The notes: a model not told the origin generated them from the sequence alone. A stretch of DNA of 64,000 nucleotides from Oscillospiraceae bacterium (GCA_031282245.1 JAITEB010000035.1:18553-82552); one strand, 5' to 3'; shown: positions 35,468 through 45,180, counted from the stretch's first letter. A program made the numbers and translations.

Positions 35468-36373
35468 CTACAGGCCGTAGCCGAGGCTGCGCATAATGCC
35501 CGCCTGATTTCGCCAGTCTTCTTTGATTTTCACCCAGACCTGCAAGTTTACTTTTAACTCGAAAAATTTCTCTATATCGGCGCGGGCTTCGCCTGCGATT
35601 TTCTTCAGCATTGCCCCGCCTTTGCCGATAATCATTGATTTGTGATTTTTGCGTTCGCAATATATCACAGCGTCTATATCAAGAATGTTTTCGCCGGATC
35701 TGCCGGCGCGCTCGTTCATCTTCTCCACAATGACGCCTATGCCGTGCGGGACTTCGTCGCGGAGATTAATGAGCGTTTTTTCGCGTATCATCTCAGAAAC
35801 AAGCGCTTTTTCAGGCTGGTCAGTGAAAGCGCCGGCGTCGAAATAATGCGGCCCCGGCCTGGCATATTTTTCAGCTTCGGTCAGAAGCAGGTCTATCCCG
35901 TCGTTTTCCCGGACTGAAATTGGGATATAAGCCGCAAAATCGTGAATCCGCCGGAATTCGTCTATGCGTTTGAGAAGCGGGCTTTTGTCCCTGAGCAGGT
36001 CGATTTTATTTATCACAAGCACGGCGGGGACGCCGCTTTTTTTGAAGCCGCTCATCAGTTCCCGCTCGGCCTGGTTGATTTCCCCCTGCGGTTCCACAAG
36101 CATGAAGGCGGCGTCAACGTCCGAGACGGATTCGCGCGCCTGCTTTACCATAAATTCGCCAAGGCGGTTTTTGGCCTTGTGCATCCCCGGCGTGTCGATA
36201 AAGACAAACTGCGTTTCGCCCCTGGTATAAATCCCGCTTATGCGGCTGCGGGTGGTCTGGGGTTTGGCGGTCACTATCGCGAGCTTTTCGCCGATTATCC
36301 TGTTGAGCAGGGACGACTTGCCGACGTTCGGCTTTCCGACTATCGCGGTGAAAACGGATTTTGTTTCTGGCAT
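35468..36373 (-). CDS. era: GTPase Era
   Basis: G1 GKPNVGKSSLLN, G3 DTPG, G4 NKID, and a C-terminal KH domain. Confidence 0.93.
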   Translation of the reverse strand: MPETKSVFTAIVGKPNVGKSSLLNRIIGEKLAIVTAKPQTTRSRISGIYTRGETQFVFIDTPGMHKAKNRLGEFMVKQARESVSDVDAAFMLVEPQGEINQAERELMSGFKKSGVPAVLVINKIDLLRDKSPLLKRIDEFRRIHDFAAYIPISVRENDGIDLLLTEAEKYARPGPHYFDAGAFTDQPEKALVSEMIREKTLINLRDEVPHGIGVIVEKMNERAGRSGENILDIDAVIYCERKNHKSMIIGKGGAMLKKIAGEARADIEKFFELKVNLQVWVKIKEDWRNQAGIMRSLGYGL

Positions 36374-36434
36374 TTTCTGTTGCTTACCTCAAATTCTCTT
36401 CTTGTTTTATTTTATATGCGTTACACAGTTGAAA

Positions 36435-36790
36435 GCTATTTTAAAACGCGGACCACCCCGGCCTTTGGCCACCCCTCCACAGGAGGGGAATTGCAACTTG
36501 GTGCGTTTTTTTATAGTCTGTACCCCACGCCTGGAATTATAGCTCGAGTGTGTGCCGTGGGCGGCAGGTTGCGCCCCTACGCAATGCGCACAACTTCATG
36601 TAGGGGCGGCAATCTGCCGCCCGCAACACGCACTTGATGCAACTTCGCGGCGTTGGGTATAAACTCTGGGCATAAGGTACAAGTCTTGGGATAGGATACA
36701 AATTTGGGGCATGGGGTACAAGTCCTGCATAGCGCAGTAAGTTACAATTCCCCTCCTGTGGAGGGGTGGCCAAAGGCCGGGGTGGTCCGC
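36435..36790. mobile_element. Hairpin (MITE/REP-like) element copy C, 356 bp, composite (nested GC-rich palindrome pair; right TIR outer end truncated)
   Basis: Left arm: GCTATTTTAAAACGCGGACCACCCCGGCCTTTGGCCACCCCTCCACAGGAGGGGAATT. Right arm at 36746-36790. The interior carries GTGGGCGGCAGGTTGCGCCCCTAC and GTAGGGGCGGCAATCTGCCGCCCGC (36557-36624). Confidence 0.8.
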
Positions 36791-36826
36791 ATTCGCAGAA
36801 TGTGTACAAAAGAGACAAGCCTTTAT

Positions 36827-37768
36827 TTAATTCCCCGGCGCGGCGACGGCAAGCCCCTTAGGGACGATAAAGCGCAGTTTTTCTTTTCCGGGGCTGAATG
36901 TAACGCTGTCCACAAGCATGGTCTCTCCGTCAAGATTAAGCGTTATAGGCTTGTTGTTCCCGGAAGAAATGGTCATCTTCTTGTACATCCTGTAGGGGTG
37001 AATAATTTCCGGAAGTTCTTTGTATTTTCCCTTTTGGTAAAGCCCGATAATGTGCGCGACAGTAAGGCGGCTGACGGCTTTCACCAGCAGGACTTCGATA
37101 ATTCCGTCGGCGGGGTCGGCGTCGGGCATGGCGTAGAACCCGCCGCCGTAATATCGCCCGTTTGCGGCCATAATAAGCGTATATCGCCCGTCAAGGCGGC
37201 GGCCGTCTATTTCGACTTTATATGGGTCGTGCAGGCCGAGCAGAACATTTTCTATTATAGACAAGTTATAAGCGGCGCTTCCTCCCGCAAAAACGCGGCG
37301 GTATTTCTCCATCCGCCTGGCCACGCGCGCGTCGATTCCAGCGCTTAATATATTAATAGAAAGACCGTGACTGGAGTCGATATAGTCCAGCCTTATAATA
37401 TCCCCTGTAATAAGGCTTTCCGGATTTAAAAAGCGGCTTATGTTTTCCGCGCCGAAAATCTTAATAAAGTCGTTGCCGCTTCCCGATGGAAAATGCGTGA
37501 AGGCGCAGTTCGGGCGGCCTATTGTGCCTTCAGCAACCTCGTTGAGGGTGCCGTCGCCGCCGCAGGCGTAAAAGCGCAGGCTGTCTTCGGGGAATTTTTC
37601 CGCCGTGTCGGTCACAATTTCGACCGCATGGCGATGGTATTCGCTTATCTTTATTTCATAATTTATTATTCCGAGCTTTTTTGCCGCTTTTTTGATTTTT
37701 CCGCTGATTTCCGCGCTTTGATCGGTTCTGCCCGCCACAGGGTTTATTATAAAAGTATGCCTGTCCAT
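36827..37768 (-). CDS. Diacylglycerol/lipid kinase family protein (YegS/BmrU-like)
   Basis: 313 aa with ACGGDGTLNEV and PSGSGNDF motifs. Confidence 0.85.
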   Translation of the reverse strand: MDRHTFIINPVAGRTDQSAEISGKIKKAAKKLGIINYEIKISEYHRHAVEIVTDTAEKFPEDSLRFYACGGDGTLNEVAEGTIGRPNCAFTHFPSGSGNDFIKIFGAENISRFLNPESLITGDIIRLDYIDSSHGLSINILSAGIDARVARRMEKYRRVFAGGSAAYNLSIIENVLLGLHDPYKVEIDGRRLDGRYTLIMAANGRYYGGGFYAMPDADPADGIIEVLLVKAVSRLTVAHIIGLYQKGKYKELPEIIHPYRMYKKMTISSGNNKPITLNLDGETMLVDSVTFSPGKEKLRFIVPKGLAVAAPGN

Positions 37769-37890
37769 TATTTATCCTTCCCGAAAAGTGTTTTTGTTAA
37801 TCAGTATATAACTAAAACAAGCGGAATGCAAGACGAGGAAAAACAAAAAATTTTGTATAAATATTTTATATATGGGCGTCCGCCCGTTAG

Positions 37891-38769
37891 TTAATAGCCG
37901 TAATAGTTGCCGTATGAGTCCATAAAATTGCTCCAGAAAGAACTGTCACTGTTGCCGATGGCGGCGATGACAGCGGCGATAAATATCATGATAAGCAGCA
38001 TAACAATGCCGATTATAAGCCCCGCGAGCGCCATACCGCTTTTTTTCTTCGACCGGCCGATCGCTCCGAGGATGATGGCCGCAATAGAGAAAATAAAGCC
38101 GGGCACAACAAAGCAGGAGGACAGTATAGATATAACGCCGGTCACCAGGGAGGCGATGCCCAAACCATCCGGTTCGCCTGTTTTGGCGGGAGGGGCGTAA
38201 TAGGGCTGATATTGCTGCCCTGGCTGGTACGGCGGCTGGGAGCTGTTATACGAGCCCTGTCCTTGTGAAAACTGATTCTGCTGATATTGAGCGGGAGGAA
38301 CGCCGCGCTGCTGCTGATACTGTGGGTATCGCTGCGGCTGTCCCTGCGGGGGATATTGCGGGTATGGCGGGGGCTGAGGCGCGGCGGGCGGCTGCGGATT
38401 GGGCCGATAGTTATACTGCGGCGGCGGGACGGGCGGGGTTTGCTGCGGCGGGATGTATGCCGGCGCCGGGGTTTCCGGCTTTGCTTCTGGGGCAGGGGGA
38501 GTTTCAGCAGATTTGTTTGAATAAATAGAACGGAAAGGATCGCTATCAAAAACGCCTGCTGTTGTGGAGGTGTCAATTGGGCCGGGGACGCTGAAGGGGT
38601 TTTCCTGCGGCACAACAAACGAATTTGTTTTTTCTTCGTTTGCCGGGCCGCTGTAAAGTTCTTTAAAAGTATCCGGGAAATCTCCCCCGGAAGTGGCCGA
38701 TGAGAATTGCTCGTTTTGCTGCTTGCCCGGTTTATTTGAAAAATCCTGGGAATCGTTGAATTCATCCAT
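37891..38769 (-). CDS. Pro/Gln-rich membrane-anchored protein (DUF4190-like C-terminus)
   Basis: 292 aa with a low-complexity PPQ/QPY-rich N-terminal two-thirds and a C-terminal two-TM region (GLGIASLVTGVISI...GMALAGLIIGIV). Confidence 0.6.
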   Translation of the reverse strand: MDEFNDSQDFSNKPGKQQNEQFSSATSGGDFPDTFKELYSGPANEEKTNSFVVPQENPFSVPGPIDTSTTAGVFDSDPFRSIYSNKSAETPPAPEAKPETPAPAYIPPQQTPPVPPPQYNYRPNPQPPAAPQPPPYPQYPPQGQPQRYPQYQQQRGVPPAQYQQNQFSQGQGSYNSSQPPYQPGQQYQPYYAPPAKTGEPDGLGIASLVTGVISILSSCFVVPGFIFSIAAIILGAIGRSKKKSGMALAGLIIGIVMLLIMIFIAAVIAAIGNSDSSFWSNFMDSYGNYYGY

Positions 38770-39001
38770 TTGACAGTCAGCTCCTTTTTTATTTATATAG
38801 GCGCGGGCAGCTGTTTTCCGCCGCGCCTATATAAAATCATTTTAATAAAAATTTACTGCCAAGTCAACTTAATTATTCCGCTTTAGCTTATTTAATATTT
38901 GAAAATACAAAGCGCCTGCTGAAAAAATATACAGTCTTTAATAAAAGCGGCGTGACCGCCGGCATTCGCCGGATTCAAACAGTGATTCACATTGAAAAAT
39001 C

Positions 39002-39030
39002 TTGACTTTTCCCATTCTTTATGTTATTAT
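39002..39030 (+). promoter_or_regulatory. Candidate sigmaA promoter of the T-box/rsfS/leuS transcript (TTGACT-17-TATTAT)
   Basis: TTGACT at 39002-39007, a 17-nt spacer, and TATTAT at 39025-39030. Confidence 0.5.
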
Positions 39031-39121
39031 TTGCTCAAGCAAAAGAATGACGGGCATGGCCGCAAACTGGTGTTGAGTAGAGGCCGCTGCAGCTGCTGAA
39101 AATATAAAATTAGTAAATACT

Positions 39122-39387
39122 GTGAAGAGGAAAAGTACGTTTTTGAAAAGCCCCGACAGAGAGCGGCTGGCTGGTGGAAAGCCGCGGCGGATCAAAAACA
39201 GAAGCTCGCCTTGGAGTTGCCCGGCTGAAAATTCCTGCGTGAATGACTAAGCCGCGCCGGGATGCCCCAACGTTAAAGGGGGGTTTTATCAGAGCGCGCC
39301 CTGTTGGGCGAATTGGAGTGGTACCGCGCAGTTTGGTTTTTTTTAAACCCTGCGTCTCTTTGACGGAGACGCAGGCATTTTATTTTT
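39122..39387 (+). promoter_or_regulatory. T-box riboswitch leader, Leu specifier (CUC)
   Basis: AGAGAG box plus the distal-loop TGGTGGAAA (39169-39180). Specifier GAAG-CUC-G, with CTC at 39205-39207. F-box-like CGTTA. T-box sequence AATTGGAGTGGTACCGCG (39311-39328). Terminator CCTGCGTCTC/GAGACGCAGG (39349-39375) followed by a T run. Confidence 0.88.
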
Positions 39388-39405
39388 TAAGAGGTGTTTA
39401 TCAAA

Positions 39406-39768
39406 ATGTCAAAAAGTCTTGAACCGAAAGAAATCGCGGAAATCGCGGCGAAAGCGCTGGACGGCAAAAAGGCCGGGGACATCAAAGCGGTTTATGTCAG
39501 CAAACTGACCATAGTCGCCGATTATTTTATAATCGCCAGCGCGTCAAGCGGCACACAGGCCAAAGCCCTGGCCGATGAGGTTGAACTTAAGCTGTCAGAG
39601 CGGGGGCTAAAACCGCCGGGCGTGGAAGGTTATTCAAAATCCGACTGGCTGGTGCTGGATTACGGCTCGGTGGTCGTTCATATATTTTACGGCGAATCGC
39701 GGGAATTTTATTCGCTTGAGAAGCTGTGGGCGGACGGGGAAAGCGTTGATTTGCTTGCGCAGAATTAA
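39406..39768 (+). CDS. rsfS: Ribosome silencing factor RsfS (iojap-like)
   Basis: About 120 aa. [41 protein letters not shown]...[14 protein letters not shown] is the typical RsfS pattern. ATG at 39406, 9 nt after AAGAGGTG. Confidence 0.88.
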   Translation: MSKSLEPKEIAEIAAKALDGKKAGDIKAVYVSKLTIVADYFIIASASSGTQAKALADEVELKLSERGLKPPGVEGYSKSDWLVLDYGSVVVHIFYGESREFYSLEKLWADGESVDLLAQN

Positions 39769-39806
39769 AAAATAATTTGTATTTCTCATTGAGGAGGATA
39801 ATAAGC

Positions 39807-42215
39807 GTGAGATATAATTTCAAAGAAGTTGAAAAAAAATGGCAGAGACGCTGGCTTGAAGAAAAAGCCTTCGCCGCCAGGGAGGATTATTCGCTGCCGA
39901 AATATTACGCTCTGGTAGAGTTCCCATACCCGTCGGGGGAGGGGCTGCATGTCGGCCATCCAAGACCGTACACCGCGATGGACGTTGTTGCGCGCAAAAA
40001 GCGTCTGGAAGGCTATAACGTTCTGTTCCCCATGGGCTGGGACGCTTTCGGCCTGCCGACGGAGAATTTCGCAATTAAAAACCATATTCACCCCAAAGCC
40101 GTCACAGAGAAAAATGTCAAAAACTTCCGGGCGCAGATTCAGTCGCTGGGGCTGTCTTTCGACTGGGACAGGGAAGTCAACACGACAGATCCGGCCTATT
40201 ATAAGTGGACGCAATGGATATTTTTGCAGCTTTTCAAGAAGGGGCTGGCATACAAGAAAGAAATGCCCGTCAACTGGTGCCCTTCCTGCAAAGTCGGGCT
40301 GGCAAACGAAGAAGTTGTCGGCGGCGAATGCGAACGCTGCCACACGACTGTTGTTCGCCGCATAAAAAGTCAATGGATGCTCAAAATAACGGAATATGCC
40401 GACAAGCTGATAGACGGTCTTTCTGCGGTGGATTATACAGAGCGCGTAAAGCTTTCGCAGATTAACTGGATTGGCCGCTCGACCGGCGCGGAAGTAAGCT
40501 TCGGCACGACTGCCGGAGACAGCCTTGCCGTTTACACGACTCGCCCGGATACGCTTTTTGGCGCGACTTATATGGTCGTCGCGCCGGAGCACGAATATAT
40601 AGAAAAATGGTCCCACCTGATAAGCAATATATCTGAAGTGCGCGCCTACCGCGACGAAGCCGCCAAAAAATCCGACTTTGAGCGCACGGAGCTTGCCAAA
40701 GAAAAAAGCGGCGTGCGGCTGCTGGGCGTCAACGGTATAAATCCGGTCAACAGTCGGGAAATCCCGATTTATATTTCTGATTATGTTCTGTCCAGCTATG
40801 GCACAGGCGCGATTATGGCCGTCCCCGGCCACGACGGGCGCGACTGGGAATTTGCCCGCAAGTTCGGGCTGGATATTATAGAAGTCGTCGCGGGCGGCGA
40901 TATAGACCGCGAGGCTTATACCAGCACAGAGACCGGCGTTCTGGTGAATTCCGGCTTTTTGAACGGCCTGCCTGTAGACGAAGCCAAGAAAAAAATCACT
41001 TCCTGGCTTTCGGAAAACGGCAAAGGCGCCCCGAAAGTAAATTACAAACTGCGCGATTGGGTTTTCTCCCGCCAGCGTTACTGGGGCGAACCTATTCCGC
41101 TGGTCAGCTGTCCCTGCTGCGGCTGGGTGGCCGTTCCCGAAAGCGAACTGCCTCTGAAGCTGCCCGAAGTGGAGAGCTACGAGCCGACCGAGAACGGCGA
41201 ATCCCCGCTGTCCGCCATGAGCGAGTGGGTAAAGACCGTCTGCCCGAAGTGCGGCGCTTCCGCCGAGCGGGAGACGGATACCATGCCGCAATGGGCGGGA
41301 TCCTCATGGTATTACCTGCGCTACTGCGACCCGCGCAACGATGCGGCTTTTGCCTCAAAAGAAGCGCTGAACTACTGGATGAATGTGGACTGGTACAACG
41401 GCGGTATGGAGCACACGACGCTGCATTTGTTATATTCGCGCTTCTGGCACAGATTTTTATATGACAACGGCTTTGTCAATACGCCCGAGCCTTATAAAAA
41501 GCGTACCAGTCATGGCATGATTCTGGGCGCGGACGGCGACAAAATGAGCAAGTCCCGCGGGAATGTCGTCAACCCGGAGGAGGTTCTGGCCGAATACGGC
41601 GCGGACGTTTTCCGCATGTATGAGATGTTTATCGGCGACTTTGAGAAGGCCGCCACATGGAACCCGCAGTCTATCAGGGGCTGTTCCGGCTTTCTGGAGA
41701 AAGTCTGCGACTTTCCCGAAATGCTGGAGGGCGGCAATGCTTACAGGCCGGAACTGGAAATTTTATTTAACAAAACTATCAAGAAAGTTTCAGAAGATAT
41801 AGAAAGCCTGAAGTTCAACACAGCGATTTCCGCATTGATGATTCTGCTCAACGAGATACGCAGGACAAAAAAAATCAAACAGGCGGAATTCCGGGACTTT
41901 TTGGTTTTGCTGAACCCATTTGCTCCGCATCTGACTGAGGAGCTTTGGGAGCGGTGCGGTTTTGGTTCGCGGCCTTTATATAAGCAAAAATGGCTGAGTT
42001 TTGACGCCGCGAAGTGCGTTGAAGACAGTGTCGAGATAGTTTTGCAGGTTAACGGAAAAATCCGCGCGAAAATCACGATTCCGACGGGCAGTCCGAAAGA
42101 GGAGGCTTTCGCCGCCGCAAGGCAAGACGGGGCATTCGCAAAGCTCATTGAAGGCCGGACTATCTTGAAAGAAATATATGTGCCAAACAAATTGGTCAAC
42201 TTTGTGCTTAAATAA
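39807..42215 (+). CDS. leuS: Leucine--tRNA ligase
   Basis: It starts [14 protein letters not shown], has HVGHPR (HIGH) and KMSKSRGN (KMSKS), and a CP1 editing domain. GTG start at 39807, 9 nt after GAGGAGG. Confidence 0.93.
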   Translation: MRYNFKEVEKKWQRRWLEEKAFAAREDYSLPKYYALVEFPYPSGEGLHVGHPRPYTAMDVVARKKRLEGYNVLFPMGWDAFGLPTENFAIKNHIHPKAVTEKNVKNFRAQIQSLGLSFDWDREVNTTDPAYYKWTQWIFLQLFKKGLAYKKEMPVNWCPSCKVGLANEEVVGGECERCHTTVVRRIKSQWMLKITEYADKLIDGLSAVDYTERVKLSQINWIGRSTGAEVSFGTTAGDSLAVYTTRPDTLFGATYMVVAPEHEYIEKWSHLISNISEVRAYRDEAAKKSDFERTELAKEKSGVRLLGVNGINPVNSREIPIYISDYVLSSYGTGAIMAVPGHDGRDWEFARKFGLDIIEVVAGGDIDREAYTSTETGVLVNSGFLNGLPVDEAKKKITSWLSENGKGAPKVNYKLRDWVFSRQRYWGEPIPLVSCPCCGWVAVPESELPLKLPEVESYEPTENGESPLSAMSEWVKTVCPKCGASAERETDTMPQWAGSSWYYLRYCDPRNDAAFASKEALNYWMNVDWYNGGMEHTTLHLLYSRFWHRFLYDNGFVNTPEPYKKRTSHGMILGADGDKMSKSRGNVVNPEEVLAEYGADVFRMYEMFIGDFEKAATWNPQSIRGCSGFLEKVCDFPEMLEGGNAYRPELEILFNKTIKKVSEDIESLKFNTAISALMILLNEIRRTKKIKQAEFRDFLVLLNPFAPHLTEELWERCGFGSRPLYKQKWLSFDAAKCVEDSVEIVLQVNGKIRAKITIPTGSPKEEAFAAARQDGAFAKLIEGRTILKEIYVPNKLVNFVLK

Positions 42216-42226
42216 AAATTTTTTTG

Positions 42227-42262
42227 GGGGACTGGCGGTCGAAGGCTGTCCCCCTTTTTTAT
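42227..42262 (+). terminator. Intrinsic terminator after leuS
   Basis: GGGGGAC, 15-nt loop, then GTCCCCC followed by TTTTTT. Confidence 0.75.
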
Positions 42263-42360
42263 ATGCTGTCTATAGTCATATTATATAAATTCGCTATATT
42301 TATTGCTATTTAATGCTAATTTATAATAAAATAAGTAAAAAATTTCTTGATAAAATTGGA

Positions 42361-42389
42361 TTGACTGGCGCTTGAATATCGTGTATAAT
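42361..42389 (+). promoter_or_regulatory. Near-consensus sigmaA promoter (TTGACT-17-TATAAT) with no assigned transcript
   Basis: TTGACT at 42361-42366, a 17-nt spacer, and TATAAT at 42384-42389. It lies 290 nt upstream of spoIVB in an AT-rich spacer. Confidence 0.5.
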
Positions 42390-42679
42390 AATAAAAAGAA
42401 ATAAACTTATTTGTAAAAATATAATATCCAGTATAAAAATCAGAATTTACTCTTTTCGTATAGAAGCGGCTTTGAGTGATTATAAGCAAGAAAAACGGCT
42501 CTTTTTGCCCGATAATATACAAAAAAAATATGTTTGAGAAAGAATATACAAGCCATTTTTAAGAAATAAGCCGTATTTTTAACTCAAATATTCAGGCCGC
42601 TTTCTGCAAATGATAAAAAAGCGGCTGTGCGAAAAAAAGTCAAAGCCGACAAAAAACGGGGAGTGTAAAATCAATTCTG

Positions 42680-43915
42680 ATGAAACAAACAGAAAAATTT
42701 GTCAAGACGCTGACAATCGCCGCTTGTCTGGTTTCTATGGCAATTTTATCTATTGCAATATATCTGTCTTGCCGTTTGCCGGATGAGTTTTACCTGCATA
42801 AAGGGGACAGGCTTTCGCTGGGAAGCAGCATTGTGACAAGCGCCCGGCCTTTCGAGATGGCAAGCCCGGCCGAAAAGGCGCCGGACACGCAAAAAACCAG
42901 GGCGGAACTGGCTATCTTCGGCCTTATTCCTCTGAAAGAAGTCGATATTAACTATATTGACGACATTATGGTGGTTCCCTGCGGGAACGCCTTCGGGGTA
43001 AAGATGTTTACGGACGGGGTTATCGTTGTCGGAACAGGCAAGGTCGATGGCGAAAATGGGCTTGTGAACCCGGCCGACATTGCCGGTATAAGACTGGGCG
43101 ACGTTATTGTTTCGATTGATGGCCAGAAAATGAGCAAAAACGAGCAGGTTGGCGAAATTATTTCCCAGAGCGGCGGCAGGAAAATGGTTTTTATCATCAG
43201 GCGCAACGGAGCGGAGTTCAGCCTTGTTCTGTGCCCTGTGCGTTCGCTTTATGACCAGGCTTATCGGGGCGGGCTGTGGGTTCGGGACAGCTCCGCCGGA
43301 ATCGGCACAATGACATATTTTAATAAGTCAAGCGGGACATTTGGCGGTCTTGGGCATCCGATATGCGATGTTGAGACAGGCGAGATACTGCCGCTGATGA
43401 GCGGCGAGATTGTGGAAGTCGATATAAACGGCGTGAAAAAAGGCGCAAACGGCGCGCCGGGCGAGTTGCGGGGAACTTTTTCAAAGAACGGTGCGGAAGG
43501 GATTCTGCTTCTCAACACAGAGACCGGCGTTTTTGGAACGCTTGATATAAATCCCGGAGGCCACGAGGAAGTTCCGCTGGGGCTTCGGCAGGAAATTCAG
43601 GAGGGTGCGGCGACAATTCTCTGCACTATAGACGGTGAAGGCCCGAAGGAGTACGCGATTAATATAGAAAAAGTTGACCTGACGGGCGCAAGCCCGACAA
43701 AAAATATGGTGCTCAGGATCACCGATCCCGTTTTGCTGGAACGCACGGGCGGCATTGTACAGGGCATGAGCGGCAGCCCGATTCTGCAGGGCGGAAAGCT
43801 TATCGGCGCTGTGACGCATGTTTTTGTGAACGATTCCGCCAAGGGCTACGGCATTTTTGCCGAGAACATGATCAGGACGGCGGCTCAGCTTGAAAAAACA
43901 GGGGTTTACTCCTGA
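42680..43915 (+). CDS. spoIVB: SpoIVB peptidase (stage IV sporulation protein B, S55)
   Basis: 411 aa with an N-terminal TM segment, a PDZ domain, and S55 motifs (GTMTYFN..GLGHPI, GMSGSPI). Confidence 0.9.
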   Translation: MKQTEKFVKTLTIAACLVSMAILSIAIYLSCRLPDEFYLHKGDRLSLGSSIVTSARPFEMASPAEKAPDTQKTRAELAIFGLIPLKEVDINYIDDIMVVPCGNAFGVKMFTDGVIVVGTGKVDGENGLVNPADIAGIRLGDVIVSIDGQKMSKNEQVGEIISQSGGRKMVFIIRRNGAEFSLVLCPVRSLYDQAYRGGLWVRDSSAGIGTMTYFNKSSGTFGGLGHPICDVETGEILPLMSGEIVEVDINGVKKGANGAPGELRGTFSKNGAEGILLLNTETGVFGTLDINPGGHEEVPLGLRQEIQEGAATILCTIDGEGPKEYAINIEKVDLTGASPTKNMVLRITDPVLLERTGGIVQGMSGSPILQGGKLIGAVTHVFVNDSAKGYGIFAENMIRTAAQLEKTGVYS

Positions 43916-44139
43916 ATCCGAAGACGCCGCGAGCGCAGGGGCAGGGCAGCGATGCCCGCTCCTACATAAAAAAGCGCCGCGCGCGTTTTCCATGGCCTGT
44001 AAATTATGCGGAAACGCTTTTATCAAGGCTTTTCTTTCCGGGAACCCGCAATATTTTATAATATTTATTAACAGGATGTACAAATTCTTATTTTCCATAC
44101 TTTTGCTAAATATTTTCAGTAAAATTTTTTCAAAAACGG

Positions 44140-44168
44140 TTGAAAGTTAGAAAAACATGCTATATAAT
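44140..44168 (+). promoter_or_regulatory. Consensus sigmaA promoter upstream of spo0A (TTGAAA-17-TATAAT)
   Basis: TTGAAA at 44140-44145, a 17-nt spacer, and TATAAT at 44163-44168. Confidence 0.55.
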
Positions 44169-44177
44169 ATAAATTAA

Positions 44178-44184
44178 TGTCGAA
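44178..44184 (+). promoter_or_regulatory. Spo0A-box (TGTCGAA) just downstream of the -10
   Basis: Exact match to the 0A-box consensus, 10 nt after the TATAAT. The position is consistent with autorepression of a vegetative promoter. Confidence 0.5.
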
Positions 44185-44382
44185 CCATTATTTACATCAA
44201 TAAACGATCCTCTAAACGTCTTAGAATTTAATAAATCCACATTTTATCTCTAAACAAAACATTAATTATAGCTTAAATTTAGTTTATTGCGCAGATTCAA
44301 AAATTTTTTTATAAAAACTGTTGAATCTGCGATAATAATATGGTAAGATATGGAAGTATTAAATTCTTATGGAGGTATCAAA

Positions 44383-45180
44383 ATGGACAGCAAAAGCAAA
44401 ATCCTCATCGCGGACGACAGCAAGGAGTTTGGCCTGACTTGCGCTTCAATCCTTCGCTCGTATAACTTTGAGGTGTCAATGACATTGAAGGACGGGAAAA
44501 AATTGATATCTAAGATCCTGGAGGAGAGACCGCAGGTTGTTTTGTCTGATGTTTTTCTTCCCGGAGCCGACGCTATCGCAGTGATGAAAGAAATTCTGCA
44601 CAGGGATGACATTGCCGAAAAACCAAAGTTTATGATCATGTCCGCTTCGGACAACATGGATTTGCAGTCCGAGGTTATGGCTTCTGGCGCGACGTATTAT
44701 TTTCTCAAGCCTTTCGACATGGAGACGCTTGCCGAGAGGATTGACCAGATGGTCGAGAAAAAAGACAGCACGATTATATCCCTGAAACCCGGCTCCCCGC
44801 TTTCTTCTTATCATGAACCCCCCGACCTTGAGGTGCTGGTGACGGATATTATACATCAGATAGGCGTTCCCGCGCATATAAAAGGCTATCATTATCTGCG
44901 CGAGGCTATTATTCTAAGCGTGAATGACAACGACATTCTCAATTCCGTAACAAAGGTTCTTTACCCGACAGTTGCAAAACGCTTTGACACGACTTCCTCA
45001 AGGGTAGAGCGCGCAATCCGCCACGCAATCGAAGTCGCGTGGGATCGCGGCGACATTGACACTCTCAACTCTTATTTCGGCTATACGATCAACGGAGGGC
45101 GCGGGAAGCCCACCAACAGCGAATTTATTGCGATGATAGCGGACAAATTAAGGCTGAAATTAAAACAAAAAGCCATCTGA
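44383..45180 (+). CDS. spo0A: Sporulation master regulator Spo0A
   Basis: Receiver domain ([10 protein letters not shown]...DVFLPGADA) and the Spo0A-specific C-terminus ([12 protein letters not shown]...[15 protein letters not shown]). ATG at 44383 after GGAGGT. Confidence 0.95.
   Translation: MDSKSKILIADDSKEFGLTCASILRSYNFEVSMTLKDGKKLISKILEERPQVVLSDVFLPGADAIAVMKEILHRDDIAEKPKFMIMSASDNMDLQSEVMASGATYYFLKPFDMETLAERIDQMVEKKDSTIISLKPGSPLSSYHEPPDLEVLVTDIIHQIGVPAHIKGYHYLREAIILSVNDNDILNSVTKVLYPTVAKRFDTTSSRVERAIRHAIEVAWDRGDIDTLNSYFGYTINGGRGKPTNSEFIAMIADKLRLKLKQKAI

Noticed and set aside
39786-41291. 501-aa ORF on the minus strand. Other long antisense ORFs are 22247-23206, 30852-31769, 32474-33382, 16671-17136 and 57563-58246.
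   Set aside because: All lie antisense or out of frame within strongly recognisable conserved genes (leuS, alaS, the LacI-family gene, xylB, the carboxypeptidase gene, the secreted protease gene). Their translations are Arg/Ala/Gly/Pro-rich low-complexity strings without motifs or RBS. This is typical of shadow ORFs in GC-rich coding DNA.
42316-42522. 68-aa minus-strand ORF in the leuS-spoIVB spacer.
   Set aside because: It is an AT-rich, Ile/Tyr/Phe/Lys-biased translation with no RBS and no terminator context. It is probably non-coding.
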